This document shows positions 13,921 through 26,376 of a stretch of DNA of 64,000 nucleotides, one piece after another. The DNA comes from Octopus bimaculoides (Eukaryota). The notes under the pieces are model-generated. The model was not told the DNA's origin. It did not search any database and was given only the letters and a program-made list of their open reading frames with translations. The stretch spans positions 119,123,784 through 119,187,783 of the forward strand of contig NC_068982.1 of the NCBI RefSeq assembly GCF_001194135.2, given 5' to 3'. Each line of letters opens with the position of its first letter. The stretch's first letter is position 1. Position numbers and translations under genes: made by a program.

Positions 13921-16900
13921 TTAAAGAGAGAGAAGGGGAGAGAAAGAGAGAAAGTGGGAAAGGGAGTGATATTTGTGCTTGCATATATATGTGATAACTG
14001 AATTAATTGCCTGTAAATGCGTGAGTATGGGTTACTGTATATCTGCGAGAGTGTTCGTATGAGCGTGTGTAAGTTTGCATACGTGTGTGAATATATAAAT
14101 TGTATATAAATCCTCGAAATCTCATTGAGTTGACATGAAGTGATTTTTTTTTTTTTAATTCTTTCATAAATTTTTCTCTGCGATATTTCTTTGAAATCTC
14201 TGGATATTTTCTTCAATTTTCATTACTTTTTAATTATATCCATGACTTAATGTTTACCATTTATTTATCACTACATTGATATTGTTTTTACCTCCATTCT
14301 TCTTGTCACCAGANNNNNNNNNNNNNNNNNNNNNNNNNNNNNNNNNNNNNNNNNNNNNNNNNNNNNNNNNNNNNNNNNNNNNNNNNNNNNNNNNNNNNNN
14401 NNNNNNNNNNNNNNNNNNNNNNNNNNNNNNNNNNNNNNNNNNNNNNNNNNNNNNNNNNNNNNNNNNNNNNNNNNNNNNNNNNNNNNNNNNNNNNNNNNNN
14501 NNNNNNNNNNNNNNNNNNNNNNNNNNNNNNNNNNNNNNNNNNNNNNNNNNNNNNNTATATATATATATATATATGTATATGTATATATACATATATATAT
14601 ATATACACACACACACACCCACATATTCTTGGGAATAATACAGACACATAAATATCATGTGTGTGCGCGTGTGTGGATTTTTGCGTGTGTCTGTGTGTGT
14701 CTACAAATAGCGCTGAGTACGTCATGTAGATAAATATTTCTAGCTCACAAAGTGATGACTCTTGGAGTCGTTACTCCCAATTCCATTACCATATAGAGAG
14801 GTCCCTATTCCTTCAGATGCTAGCTATTATTTTAGATTTGAAATCCTTCAGTTTGAAACATGTTTTCTTATCCTTCGATCATATGCTGGACGTCTACTAA
14901 ATATGACAGATCATAAATGACAAAATGATACACAGCTACCAAAATTACTGGGTGATGTTGATTGACTTATGGTGCTGGTGAGAGTTAAGAAAACCTTGAT
15001 ATACCTCCAAGTAATTTTCTGATTCGGTTGTTGGAAGTTAGATTGGAGAATGCTTCGTTACGAGGGCAGAAATACATCCTTTTCTGATTTCTTGAGTGAT
15101 ATTTTGCGGCTCTCCAGCTACTCAAATTAATTAATCAAGCATAAGCGGCAATTAACTTTTCCACTCTTTTATGGAAGCCCTGTCATCGGTATTCCTGTTT
15201 ATTTTAGAATTTTCATGTTTCCTGTCGCTAATCTTCCATGCGAAACAGAAAAGGCAGAGCCGTTCTCGTTTTCTCTAGGCACAAGCTGTCGAAGATTTTA
15301 ACTAACGCTCCTCTCAAGTCGTTTACAAATGCATCATATATTTCTTCTGCATTTGCTTGTTCGAGGTGAAGTAACTTTGTATTTATGAAGTTAGAGAAGC
15401 AAGTGGACACGTTGTTCGATCTCGGTGATTTTTGCTGGTTGTAAGCTGTAGGTAATAAATTACTGTATTTCCAGCTATGGTACAAAATGTGAGAGATATT
15501 GTTTAAGAAAACATTGTGTGAATTGAAAAGTGTAGATGGGAAAGTGTTCCTTGAGAGTGGCAGAAATGTCTTAGAAATAATATGCTATTTGGTGGAACAA
15601 AACAAAATGACCTCTTCGGATGCGGAGCAGACAGGGGTTCTGCTTACTAATTCTCCATAAAGGTGAACTTTGTTACAACATAATAGTGGAATACGACATT
15701 TTCAGACTTTCGTTGTTGAGGTTAATTTTAAAGTTGTTCTCATTAATTCTTCTTCGAGGTTTCTGATTATAGATGATTCTTAACTGCATTCGCAGATAAA
15801 TTAAATCACATGAATATTACAAACTGACAATTTTCCCGTAACGCTAAAAAATTATATAGTGGCCTATGTTTCAGTATGCGTGCTTGTATTGGCTAATTAT
15901 TCTGTCCGTCATTCCATTCATTAGCTTTCATCTTTATTTTTAATGGCTGTAAAACTATCACCAGTAGCCAAAAAGTGAAGTGTATAACCGTTAAAGTTGC
16001 TTGTTCTCCTTTTGATTTGGATGCCATTTTAATGTATCTCATTCACATTTTATATTTGCTTCATTATGGCTCGACATTCTGAAAGATATTTTTGAATCTG
16101 CTTCACCATCCAATATAGGTCAGTCTTGACCATGTGTGAGACTATGTATGTTTGTTAGTGTGTACGTATATGTATTATTTGTACATTTTATAGGTTTTCT
16201 ACCTATAAAACACTTGTGTTGGTTGTATTTTATGTCAATTTTATTATCATATATCTAATGATTTGAATAATCAATCAATCGTTTAATTAATTAGTCAACT
16301 GAATGCTTTATGGAAGTCCTTTTCTCACACCCTGCAAAACTATCCATGGCTGTCCATGAATGTAGTTTTCGTGGATCAAGAAGCTTCTCAAATCATTAAT
16401 TCATAAAACAGTAAGACGATAGCAATGAAATTAATCTTCATCATGCCCTTGTGATTTTTACTCTCATAATAAACCTTTCAGCTGGTAAAATTTGTGATTC
16501 AGTATTTTTAACATAACCTTTCACTTTAATGATCTTGACAAACACAGCTGCATATATACATCTACGAGTTATGAGTGTGTGTATATGTGTGTGCGTGTGT
16601 AGTCGTGTGCATTCGTGTGTCCATGTGTGTATTTATATGCATGTTTTATGGTGTTATGTATAATGGCAGTTGAAATTATGCTGTCGTACACATCTATGAA
16701 AGAAGGAAAACAAATCCTATATTTTTTTCAGTAGTTTCGCATTCCTTTTAATAAATGTACCGAGTTGTTTTGAATAAATAAAATTATGCGATCAAATTTA
16801 ATGTTTTGTTAATGATATTGTATATAAGCTCGCATATTTTATTCTACGTCATTTCATAGACATAGAAGTATATATTTTAAAGTACAGTACCTTACGAGTT

Positions 16901-18162
16901 ACTTTATTCATGTTGCATTTGTAATTCGAGTTCCAGTATTGAGTTACACAATGTAGCTACTAGAAATGCATCTATAGGGACACAAATAGAACTAGAAACT
17001 TTAGATTTGACTCGTTTATTCTATGTATCTACTTAAATGTTTCACAAATTATGCATCTGTATCCAAGCATAAATGTTTTCAGCATTCGCATTTCTTGTTA
17101 CTTAACGGGAGATCTGCCCTGGTCTAGTAGAACTATTATGTATCTCTATCACTTGCTCTGAAATTGAAGTTTCATGAAGGAATGTGCATGTACGCATCTA
17201 TGAGTGTGTGTGTCTGTGTGTGTGTGTGTGTGTGTGTACCTTAGGTTTTTGTCTTTCGAACGGGCAAACGTCACTCTTCAAGAAATGCAGGTGATCATGA
17301 ATATCGGATTTCCTTGGAGATATTCTTCTCCTTCTTAGCTTCTAAGAGCTAACATATATGATACTTCTTGCTTTGATTACTAGGGTGTTGATTTAATTTA
17401 GTTTAGACTGCAAGATAATGCCGTCGGATTTATATCGATTAACCACTATGTAAAACTATACAATCCTTCATCGTGGATTTCAGAAAAGTCTTTCACAAGT
17501 CTTTCAGAGATTGAATTTGCTTTGTAAAAGATAGATAGTATTTATATTTGACCGAAAACCTCGGCTATTCTGTAATATAACATGAAAATTTATAGCGTTA
17601 GATGTGTCAAGGATTACATACATTCACGAATAAAAACGTATAAAAGTGTAAACACACAAATATTTGAAAATTTTTATTTATGTGTTTCAGCCAAGTGGCT
17701 GCGGTCATGCTGGTGCACCACCGTGAGGTGCACCAGCATGTTTATTTCACTGTTTACATTTCCATATATACCCATATGTGTATATTTCTCTGTATCCAAT
17801 TTTTTTTTATCTGTATTTTCTGTCCTTCTTTAACTTTCCTTTCGTTTCAATTTGTAATCCTCGTTTACCACGTATACATTAACTAATGATTTTTTTTCTT
17901 ATTGCTTATTGCATTAGATTTGTTTCTTACAATAACAGTTAAAATCTACCAGCTATTTCTTTCTCCTTTCGTCCTTGCATTGATTATTTGTCTCTCGTTT
18001 TCTTACATTAACATCAACGTTTCTCTATTATTTACACAATTTTTTCCTTGATATTTTTAACATTATACGCTGAGTTTTCCGCAGTAGGAATTCAAAGCAT
18101 AATTATCTTATAACAATAGTTTTGATACATATTATTTTCTCTAAATCTATCATCCTTTACAG

Positions 18163-18209
18163 AATCAACAAAGGAGTCACAATGCAATTGCTATCCACTT
18201 CTAGCAAGA
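18163..18209 (+). CDS. Candidate exon of a divergent Sin1/MAPKAP1-like gene (end of RBD region)
   Basis: Acceptor catcctttacag, donor gtaagg. Reads (E)STKESQCNCYPLLAR, versus recalled human Sin1 DSTLESQSAWEFCLVR. Ends in phase 0, compatible with the next exon. Confidence 0.45.
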
Positions 18210-18817
18210 GTAAGGAAAGCATCTTCAAATAACATTCTCTAACCTTACAAAACATACTATAGGTAATGTGATCCTGGATATGCTATCACGAAAAGACAAG
18301 ATCTTCATAGCTGAAACGCCTTTGATATAAACACTTCCTAATTAGAGCTGAAATCTAAATACATACCCCCACTGATAATGAATTAAAGAGGTCATTTTTA
18401 AGTGGTTGAATTAGTAGCCAAACACATTTGCATCGGAGATTATCGCTTTTAAAAAGACATTGATCCAGTATTATCCAGAATCTGTAACAATGTGGTGGTA
18501 ATATTAATGCTACAGTGTGAATTTAGCAAAAGGTTCACTTGGGACTGAAATACGACTTGCTTTAATGTAGTGGCACATTTTCCACTGTGGGGGACATAAT
18601 ACTAATTTGTGTTTTGATATAAGAAATTCTGCATTAGAACAATCCCATTTATGCATGATTTGTGTTCCAGCATGGTTAATTAATTACAGTAATCAATGAA
18701 ACAATAAGCTAGTAGCATGTTGTTTCTATTTGATGTATCATTACCCCTTAAAAGTGATATAATTCATATCTCTAACCCCAGATATTACCTAGCTCTATAT
18801 CAGAACACCTAAATATT

Positions 18818-19031
18818 GATTTGAAATTTTGGAACAATGCTAGCAATTTTGGGGCAAGGTAAAAGTCGATTACATCGACCTCAGTACACAAATGGCACTT
18901 ATTTCATAGACTCCGAAAGGATGAAAGGCAAAGTCAACCTCGGTGGAGCATGATCTCAGAACGGGAAGACGGACGAAATACCGCTAAGCATATCGCCCGG
19001 CGTGCTAACGATTCTGACACGTCACCGCCTT
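18818..19031 (-). mobile_element. OK-like SINE (tail type A)
   Basis: Full 214-bp copy ending gtcaccgcctt, flanked by a 16-bp direct repeat. Confidence 0.9.
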
Positions 19032-19047
19032 AGAATACCTAAATATT

Positions 19048-19261
19048 CTTTTCTACTCGAGGCACAAGGCCCGAAATTTTAGGGGAGGGGCCAGTTGATT
19101 AGATAGACCCCAGTAAACAACAGATACTTAATTTATCGACCCCGAAATGATGTAAGGCAAAGTAGACATCGGTGGAATTTGAACTCAGAATATAAAGACA
19201 GGAGAAATACCGCTAAGCATTTCACCCGGCATGCTAACGCTTCTGCCAGGTCACCGCCTTT
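19048..19261 (-). mobile_element. OK-like SINE (tail type B)
   Basis: Full 214-bp copy with cttttctact...gcacaaggcccgaaattt tail, flanked by the same 16-bp repeat. Confidence 0.9.
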
Positions 19262-19576
19262 AGAACATCTAAATATTGAAATGTATTTTACTATGTTCTA
19301 AGAAAATATATGGAAATAACTACTGGTATTGCTTTGCTGTTCTTGTAATTATTGCTGTATAGCTGCCGTCAGCATTAATTAACCAGAACTATCTCATATA
19401 ATTAGACCAATAAATGCATTAATTTCCATTGTTTAACTGGTGTTCCAGACGCAACAATGAAGTCTTATTTTCTTTTTACTGACGCTGATTTATATTATGT
19501 CAAACTTATCAAATACGTCGTTTTATTTTGAATTCACTTGAGTAGGATTTCAGAACGGTTATGCTGTTACTTCTAG

Positions 19577-19669
19577 GAGGTCAATCAATCATATAGTGAT
19601 GCCGATGTTTGCCCGGTGTACAAACGATTTAGAATGTCTCTTCTTCATCGACTTCATGTGGAAAAAGAG
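19577..19669 (+). CDS. Candidate exon of a divergent Sin1/MAPKAP1-like gene (start of PH domain)
   Basis: Acceptor ctgttacttctag; the frame opens exactly at the AG. Reads EVNQSYSDADVCPVYKRFRMSLLHRLHVEKE(V), versus recalled human Sin1 HHYKSFKVSMIHRLRFTTDV (7 of 12 identical in the core). The donor GAG|gttctt is weak, so the 3' end is uncertain. Confidence 0.55.
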
Positions 19670-19848
19670 GTTCTTGTCATGATGTTCGCAGGCACACTCA
19701 GATCTGTGAAATTGATACTCATAACAATCTTAAATCCCTTTCCCAGGGAGGGAATTTAAGACAGTCGATTTTCCAGGGAAGAATAGGAATAGGCGAACAA
19801 ATGCATTATTTGTATCTAACTTCTCTTAATATATTAATAGTATTTATA

Positions 19849-20063
19849 AAGTAGCGAGTTTGCAAAATCGTTAGCACGCCCGCAAAAATTCTTAACCGCA
19901 TTTTGTGTGTCGCTACGTTCTGAGTTCATATTCCGCCGATGTCGACTTCGCCTTTCATCCTTTCGGGATTGATACAATAAGTACCAGTTGATCACTGTAC
20001 TCGCTCTAATCGGCTTAGCTCTCTCTCAAAATTGTTGGCCTTGTGCCAACATATGAAACCAAT
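19849..20063 (+). mobile_element. OK-like SINE with target-site duplication
   Basis: Family sequence. Flanks aatatattaatagtattta (19828-19846) and aatatattatgagtattta (20061-20079), 17/19 identical. Confidence 0.9.
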
Positions 20064-21619
20064 ATATTATGAGTATTTACCAAGAAGATATATAATAAAA
20101 CTTAAAGATATATTGCAAAGGATTCATTCCCCAAATTAACATCAAAGTAAATACGTTTTCTGAATTTTTGTTGCTATCTTTATTAAATTTCCTCATAGCA
20201 ATATAAACATGCATCTAAACATTCAACGATTTTGATAACAAGATAGTATATGTATCGGAAAGAATTTATTATATGAAAAGTAACACAAAAGAAGCGAAGA
20301 ACAAAGAAGAGAAAAATAAATAAAGATTGTGACAGTTGGGAATTGAACCGAAAAACCTGTCTTGCTACTAGCGTTGTTCCATATGCTTAGCTAATTTACG
20401 ATGCCATAAATTTGTTCATTCACGGTTATGAGGTTTCGTTTTCTTGACATAGATTGCTACTAATTTAAAACATTGCGCTAACAGTTTGCTTTTAGTATTT
20501 CATACTCTTTCTATTATTATTTATCAATATTCTTGCAATGAAATATCGATAGACTAGTTTCAGATTTCCACACTAGATTAATAATCCTGATATCTCAAGC
20601 TATTTTACGATTAAGATACATATTCCCAGATTGAATATATATAACATTATTCAACGAAATAAAGCCATCGACTAAAAATATCAAACACACACACACAAAT
20701 GTATGTATACAGTATATATATANNNNNNNNNNNNNNNNNNNNNNNNNNNNNNNNNNNNNNNNNNNNNNNNNNNNNNNNNNNNNNNNNNNNNATATATATA
20801 TATATATACACTGAGAGATATAAACTATAAAAATATAGATAAATATCTAATAAATTCAAAGGAAACTATTAAATTTTGCTCGGAAAATCTAAATACTCAA
20901 ATCAATTATGCATAAACTTATTAAGTTAGAAATTCTATTAAAACTAGCTGTTAGCATATTGGCAATTCACATGGAGATGAATCAGTATATACTGATTCGA
21001 CTTCCCTTGACAGTATTTGTTCGTTCTCTATATTATTCATTGCCCTACACACACACATGCATGTTTGTGTGAGAGAAAGAGAATGGGAGAGTAGTCATTA
21101 TCAAAATAATAACGTTAGGGTTTCGGAAAATACAAATAAAAATGAGAGTAAAATGAAGAGAATATAAAATTTGTTTATAATGTATATTCCAAAATTGCTT
21201 TAGTTTGACAGATTTATGAAACAGACTGAGAAATTTGAGTGAAAAACAATTGTTTTAATAAAGGAAGAAACCATGCTGAAATAAAGCAATGTGGTAAATA
21301 TGAAAGAAAGTAGGTGTGAGTTTAATAAAATCGTTGTTCTAGGGGAAAAGGAACATCTTTGTGTAATGAGAAACTGCTAACATTATGTAGGTAAAATTTT
21401 GAAATCGTGATTTAAGATACGGAAATGTGGACGAGCTACTGCAACAAAGCCATATAGCTACAGGATGACTTGAAATTAGAGCAAATGTGTTGGAAATTTT
21501 CTAGATATACGGAGATTGAAGTTGAACAATAATAATAATTCCAATTACGAAATACAAAAACAATGTTATTCTATCTATAAAATGTTAAATCTATTTAGCC
21601 ATATTTAGTTTACGATAAT

Positions 21620-21837
21620 TTGATTGTTTCAAACTTTTGCACAAGGCCAGTAATTTTAAGAGGAGGGAATCTAATCAATTTCATTGAATTCATTACTTGG
21701 TTGTTACTTCTTTTCGTCGCAACAAGAAAGGCAAAGGTGAACTCAGCAGAATTCAAATTCGTAACGGAAAAACTTGAAAGAAACGCTCTTAAGTACTTTT
21801 TACGCATAGGCTAACCACTTAGACCGCTCGGAAACAC
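21620..21837 (-). mobile_element. Old OK-like SINE variant with a tRNA-Leu/Ser-like head
   Basis: Body matches the family (gcacaaggccagtaatttt...aaggcaaaggtgaactcagcagaattcaaa). The head reads CCGAGCGGTCTAAG on the minus strand. Confidence 0.7.
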
Positions 21838-21944
21838 AATTCTAATAAAACATATTTCTAGTTTAGACACAAGGTCTAAAATTTTTCATTAGGGTTTCCC
21901 ATGTCTTGCGGGGAATTTATATGAATTTATATGAGTCTTTAGGC

Positions 21945-22605
21945 ATTCGCACCAACACCAATGTATCTGGCGCTTGAAAGGTGTTTGGTGCCAAAGATCA
22001 CACCCTCGCTCTCTCTAAATCCTGCTTTCGTGATAGGAGGTACATCAAGTTTGGTGTCGATGTGGTTGCTTCTTGCTGTTGAGAGAGTTTTCTTTTGGTA
22101 GGTTGTTGCAATTGAGGTAGTGTTGGTGGTGCAGTTTGTGACTGTGGTGCTAGGGAGGTTGTTGATGCTGTAGGTGTCTCTGTGGAAGTTTTGGGTGTAT
22201 TTTCTATGGGGTTTTTTTTTTGTATGTTGATGCAATTATTTTTATTTTTTTACGATATTTTTGAACTTTTGGCGTCTGCCCCTTCATTTTTGCTGTGTGT
22301 TGTCAATGAATCTGAGTCTGTGGAATCACGGTGTTGGTCGATGGGGTTTGAAGTAGACAGATAGAGGGAGGGACTGGGAGAAATTCGTTGAGGGAACCCT
22401 TGGGTGCTACGTGTGTTCTTATGTATTGTCTCTTTTGTTGCTGGTCTTGCTGAAGCTGCTTGTGTTGCTGCCGTGCCTGGTGTTGCTGCTGTGACTGACA
22501 TCGATGCTGCTCCTGGGGCAGCTGTTGTTACTGGGGCTGCTGTTGATGTTGGTGTTGGTGATTTTCCTTTGTTCATTGGTTTTATTGTTCTTGCTGATGA
22601 TGGCA
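21945..22605 (-). mobile_element. Possible PLE ORF N-terminal remnant (Ala/Thr-rich)
   Basis: Overlapping minus-strand open frames, Ala/Thr-rich, then NL...LS...ERARV*SLAPNTF, weakly like the PLE pre-RT motif (NLS...E..VLSLGP.F). Confidence 0.3.
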
Positions 22606-22617
22606 AATCTGCCTTAG

Positions 22618-22703
22618 ATGAATTTGAACTCAGAACGGTGCGACGGGCGAAATACTGCTAAGTATTTCGTCCAGCGTGCAAAAGATTCTGCCTGTTCACC
22701 GCC

Positions 22704-22705
<2 letters not shown>
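22618..22705 (-). mobile_element. OK-like SINE, 5' half
   Basis: aatttgaactcagaacg...ttcaccgcctt, followed by (TAA)n at 22705-22752. Confidence 0.85.
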
Positions 22706-22753
<48 letters not shown>

Positions 22754-22965
22754 CCTTTCTACTCTGGGTAGAAGGCGTGAAATTATGGGGGAGGGGGCAG
22801 TGAATTAGATTGACCCAGTAAGCAACTGGTACTTAATTTGTCGACCCCGAAAGAATGAAAAGTAAAGTCGACCTCGTCGGAATTTGAACTCAGTGGTTAA
22901 TAGCAGACGAAATACGACTAAACATTTCGCCCGGTATGCTAACGATTTTTCCAGCTTGCCGCCTT
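22754..22965 (-). mobile_element. OK-like SINE
   Basis: Full family sequence. Confidence 0.9.
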
Positions 22966-22967
22966 CA

Positions 22968-23880
22968 TAAAATTGCGTAACTAAAGAAAAAATTAAATAA
23001 GAAATGACACAAAAAAAAGAAAAAAAGATAAAAGCATGGAAGGAAAAGAAAATGTACGGTCAGTTTGCAAGAGATGTGCACGAACACCAAGACAGACGCA
23101 GAGGACCGGTGGCTGTGGATGAGGAAGAGTGATCTGAAGATAGATTTAGAAGCTCCCAAATGGGCAACTCAGGAACAGGCGTTAAGGATTAATTATATGT
23201 GCAGAACAGACAACACTACCGACAGTGACAAATGCAGAATGTGTGGTAAGAGGGGTGAAATGGTATGGCACATCGTTAGCAAATGCCCGAAATTAGCACA
23301 ACGCGAATGCAAAAGACGTCATGACAATGTGGCAAGAATGAACTATTGGGAACTCTGTGGAAATCCAGGCCTACAAAGTGCAAAGACGTGGTATGAGAAG
23401 ACCCCAGAAGGAGCCACCGAAAATAAGAATTGCAAAATCCTGTGGGATACAAGATCCAGTGCAATCACCTAACCAGACATCGAAGCCGGACATTGTTGTG
23501 GTGAATAAAAACGAAAGAACGTGCATGATAATCGACACATCATGCAGCGGTGACAACAGGATCAATGTGAAAGAAGAAAAAAATAAATAACTATGATGAT
23601 TTGAAGGGGGAAATACGAAGGTTGTGGTCAACGAGAAGAGTAGACGTAATACCAGTAGTAATTGGAACACTTAGAAGTATCGGCACACAGAGACCAACAT
23701 GGCTGAAAAAGATCGGTGCAAGCGTAAATGTAGAACACCTACAAAAATCAGCATTACTTGGAACTGCAAGAATTCTTCGCAAGTGTCTTGAAGCATGACC
23801 AGTAGAACATGTGTCACCTTAGTCTGCTGGCTGTGGACAGCTGACACTTCCCATCATAATATAAGCTGTGAGATATAATA
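22968..23880 (+). mobile_element. R4/Dong-clade non-LTR retrotransposon 3' end (CCHC knuckle + restriction-like endonuclease), family A
   Basis: WKEKKMYGQFAR, CRMCGKRGEMVWHIVSKC, RRHDNVA, KILWD, PDIVVVNKNERTCMIID, VIPVVIGTL, LQKSALLGTARILRKCLEA* (stop 23796-23798). A short 3' UTR and (TAA)n tail follow. Confidence 0.93.
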
Positions 23881-23956
23881 TAATAATAATATAAGATGTA
23901 TATAAGTAATATAAGCTGTGTGATTTAATATAATAATAATAATAATAATAATAATA

Positions 23957-24157
23957 GGTAGAAGGCCCAAAATTTTGTAGGAGGGGGCTAGTCGATTAGA
24001 TCGACACCAGTAAGCAACTTGTACTTAATTTATCGACCCCGAAAGGATAAAACGCAACGTTGACCTCCGGGGAATTTGAACACGGAACGTAAAGACAAAC
24101 GAAATATCGCTAAGCATTTCGCCCGGCGTGCTAACGTTTCAGCCACCTCACCGCCTT
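23957..24157 (-). mobile_element. OK-like SINE
   Basis: Full family sequence embedded in (TAA)n. Confidence 0.9.
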
Positions 24158-24208
24158 GATAATACTAATAATAACAATAAATGAAGAAATGGATAACAAG
24201 ATCAGAAA

Positions 24209-24248
<40 letters not shown>

Positions 24249-24297
24249 GTTATTGTTATTATTATTATTATTGTTATTATAACAATAATGATAATAA

Positions 24298-25676
24298 TAA
24301 ATGCAAGAAATGGCCAACAAATACAAGGCTTACTATCAAGTTTTAATCAATTCAGTGATGACATGAGGATACAATTTGGCCTCGATAAATGTGCAAAAGC
24401 TACCTTTATCAAAGTATAAGTGACAGAAACATCTAACGTTAATCTTGACCAGCAGAATGTCATAAAAGTGTTAGAAGAACCGACGGAGAGCTTCAAACAT
24501 CTAGGTATATTTGAAGGTGATTGAATAAAACATTCAATTATGAGGGAAAGGAACAGAAGAGAATGTTATCGCAGGGTAAGGGCAATACTCAAGTGAGAAC
24601 TGAACGAAAGGAACAGGATTGAAGCGATAAATATTTTAGCCATACCGGCCTTGACTTACAATCTCAATATCATTAACTGGTCAATACTGAAATACGTAAT
24701 CTTGACAGAAAAATACGAAAATTGTTGACAATGCATAGAATGTAGCACCCTAAGGCAGATACAGAACGATATTACCTACCAAGAAAACAGTGGCGGTGGA
24801 CTTTTATAAGTGGAATTAACAACGAAGATTTCCACAATTGGCCTAAGCACCTACTTGAAAAAGTCTGATGACTGGTCGTTAAAACTTTCTTAAAGCCTGA
24901 AAACAAGTGAGCATCATACTCAGCAAGAAAACAGGCAAAGGATTATATAAGTAAATTCCAACTACAACAAATCTCAGACTTAGACGTAGTGGAAACAAGC
25001 ACAGAAAAAGCTAAGCGTATGAAAACCTGTGCTAAAACTGCTGCCTTATACATTCTTAGTGGTAAATGGCAAATGCCCAATGAGACCTAAAAGTGCCGAT
25101 GTTGACATAGCCCTTACCCATCAATGATTAGTATCTTCTGGTTTAAAATCAGAAACAGAAGGGTTTATCATAGAAGCCCAAGATCAATGCCTACCTACGA
25201 CAAACTACCAGGCCAACATATTAAAGAACGACAGTTGCCCAACATGTTGTGTATGTAAACAACAAAATGAAACCATTGATCATTTTGTGTCTATGCGCTG
25301 TCTTCTTGCGCCTACAGAGTATCTCAACAGCAATGATAGAGCGGCACAGTATATTCACTTGATAATTTTCAAGAACCTGGATCTGCCACGTGATAAAAAC
25401 TGGTGGGAATACAAACAACGTCCAGTGCTTGAAAATGATCACATCTGACTCTTCTGGAACTTCACCATTCAAACTGACAGAAAGATAGATGCAAATGAGC
25501 CAGACATTATAGTGAAAGACTTCAGACAAAAATCATGCCTCCTCATTGATATGACTGTCCCAATCGACATAAATGTATCTGTCACGACCTACCAAAAACT
25601 GAGCAAATATAAAAATCTTGAAATAGAAATCGGCACAATGTGGAACCTGAAGCCGAAGACAATACCTGTTGTCATA
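24298..25676 (+). mobile_element. R4/Dong-clade LINE fragment (RT C-terminal half to RLE), family B, with many stops and frameshifts
   Basis: FSDDMRIQFGLDKCAKA, AIPALTY, LDRKIRKLLTMH, HPKADTERYYLPRK, GLKSETEGFIIEAQDQ, CCVCKQQNETIDHFVS, WNFTIQTDRKIDANEPDIIVKD, IPVVI. Confidence 0.93.
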
Positions 25677-25799
25677 TATTTAAAAGATAGTGCCCATATC
25701 CTATGTAAAATACTGTCTACGTAAACCCAAATTTTAAAACAAACTTATTATTTTCTTCAACTTTACTAAAGATGATTTTTTTTGTATGTCCGAACATAA

Positions 25800-26240
25800 A
25801 AAGACTAGTGTTCTTAGAATAAAAAGAATGGTGGTGGTGTGGTGGTGGAGGAAGGACAAGCTGAAGAGTAACCTTTCTGCAAGCAAAATACCTCAGAGCA
25901 CCTCTGAGCAAACAGCCTTGAAACACACAAAATGGCGATCGTGTCAAAATGGTATCAAAAACTTTGTTGCAACCATCAATAACAGGCTTAGAGGTGCAAA
26001 GTGAAAGAAAAAAGCGGATGCATATATACCACCTGCACTGACACGTAATCCTCATATTTGCAACATATGTGGGCTTCTTTGCAAATCGTTGGTGCGACTG
26101 AAATGTCACATTCGACTTAAGCATTTGCACTGACAAAGAAAAAGTAGGTTGTCAGCCTACCAGGTGTTTGAGTACCTGGAATTGCGCATAATATCACTAC
26201 TGGATAGCACAAGGTGGACGCCCTTCATAATGCTCTCTCC
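25800..26240 (+). mobile_element. RTE-clade LINE 3' end
   Basis: KDKLKSNLSASKIPQSTSEQTALKHTKWRS resembles RTE KDTLK.SL......WE..A.DR..WR. A terminal zinc finger HICNICGLLCKSLVRLKCHIR follows, and the 3' UTR ends ggacgcccttcataatg. Confidence 0.8.
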
Positions 26241-26376
26241 TACGTTCATAGCATAATATACTATAACTACTTATATATAGAATAAGCAAAAGTTTATATC
26301 ATGTGTTCCCTTTCTTCGTTTCGCAACTCTGGTTGTATGAAACACAATTGGTGTTTTTAATATATTGCAATAAGAT

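Noticed and set aside
15475-15662. Apparent AG/GT-bounded exon with EGF-like YGTKCERYC
   Set aside because: Stops in all three frames.
17245-17340. Sin1-like peptides (NVTLQEM; GDHEYRI) upstream of the candidate exons
   Set aside because: The two matches overlap in different frames and the acceptor is poor, so at least one is chance.
19670-21390. Candidate middle Sin1 exons (CEIDTHN at ~19705; GRIGIGEQ at 19777; GKGTSLCNEKLLTLC at 21343-21390)
   Set aside because: Mutually inconsistent, weak matches; choosing among them by eye would be overfitting.
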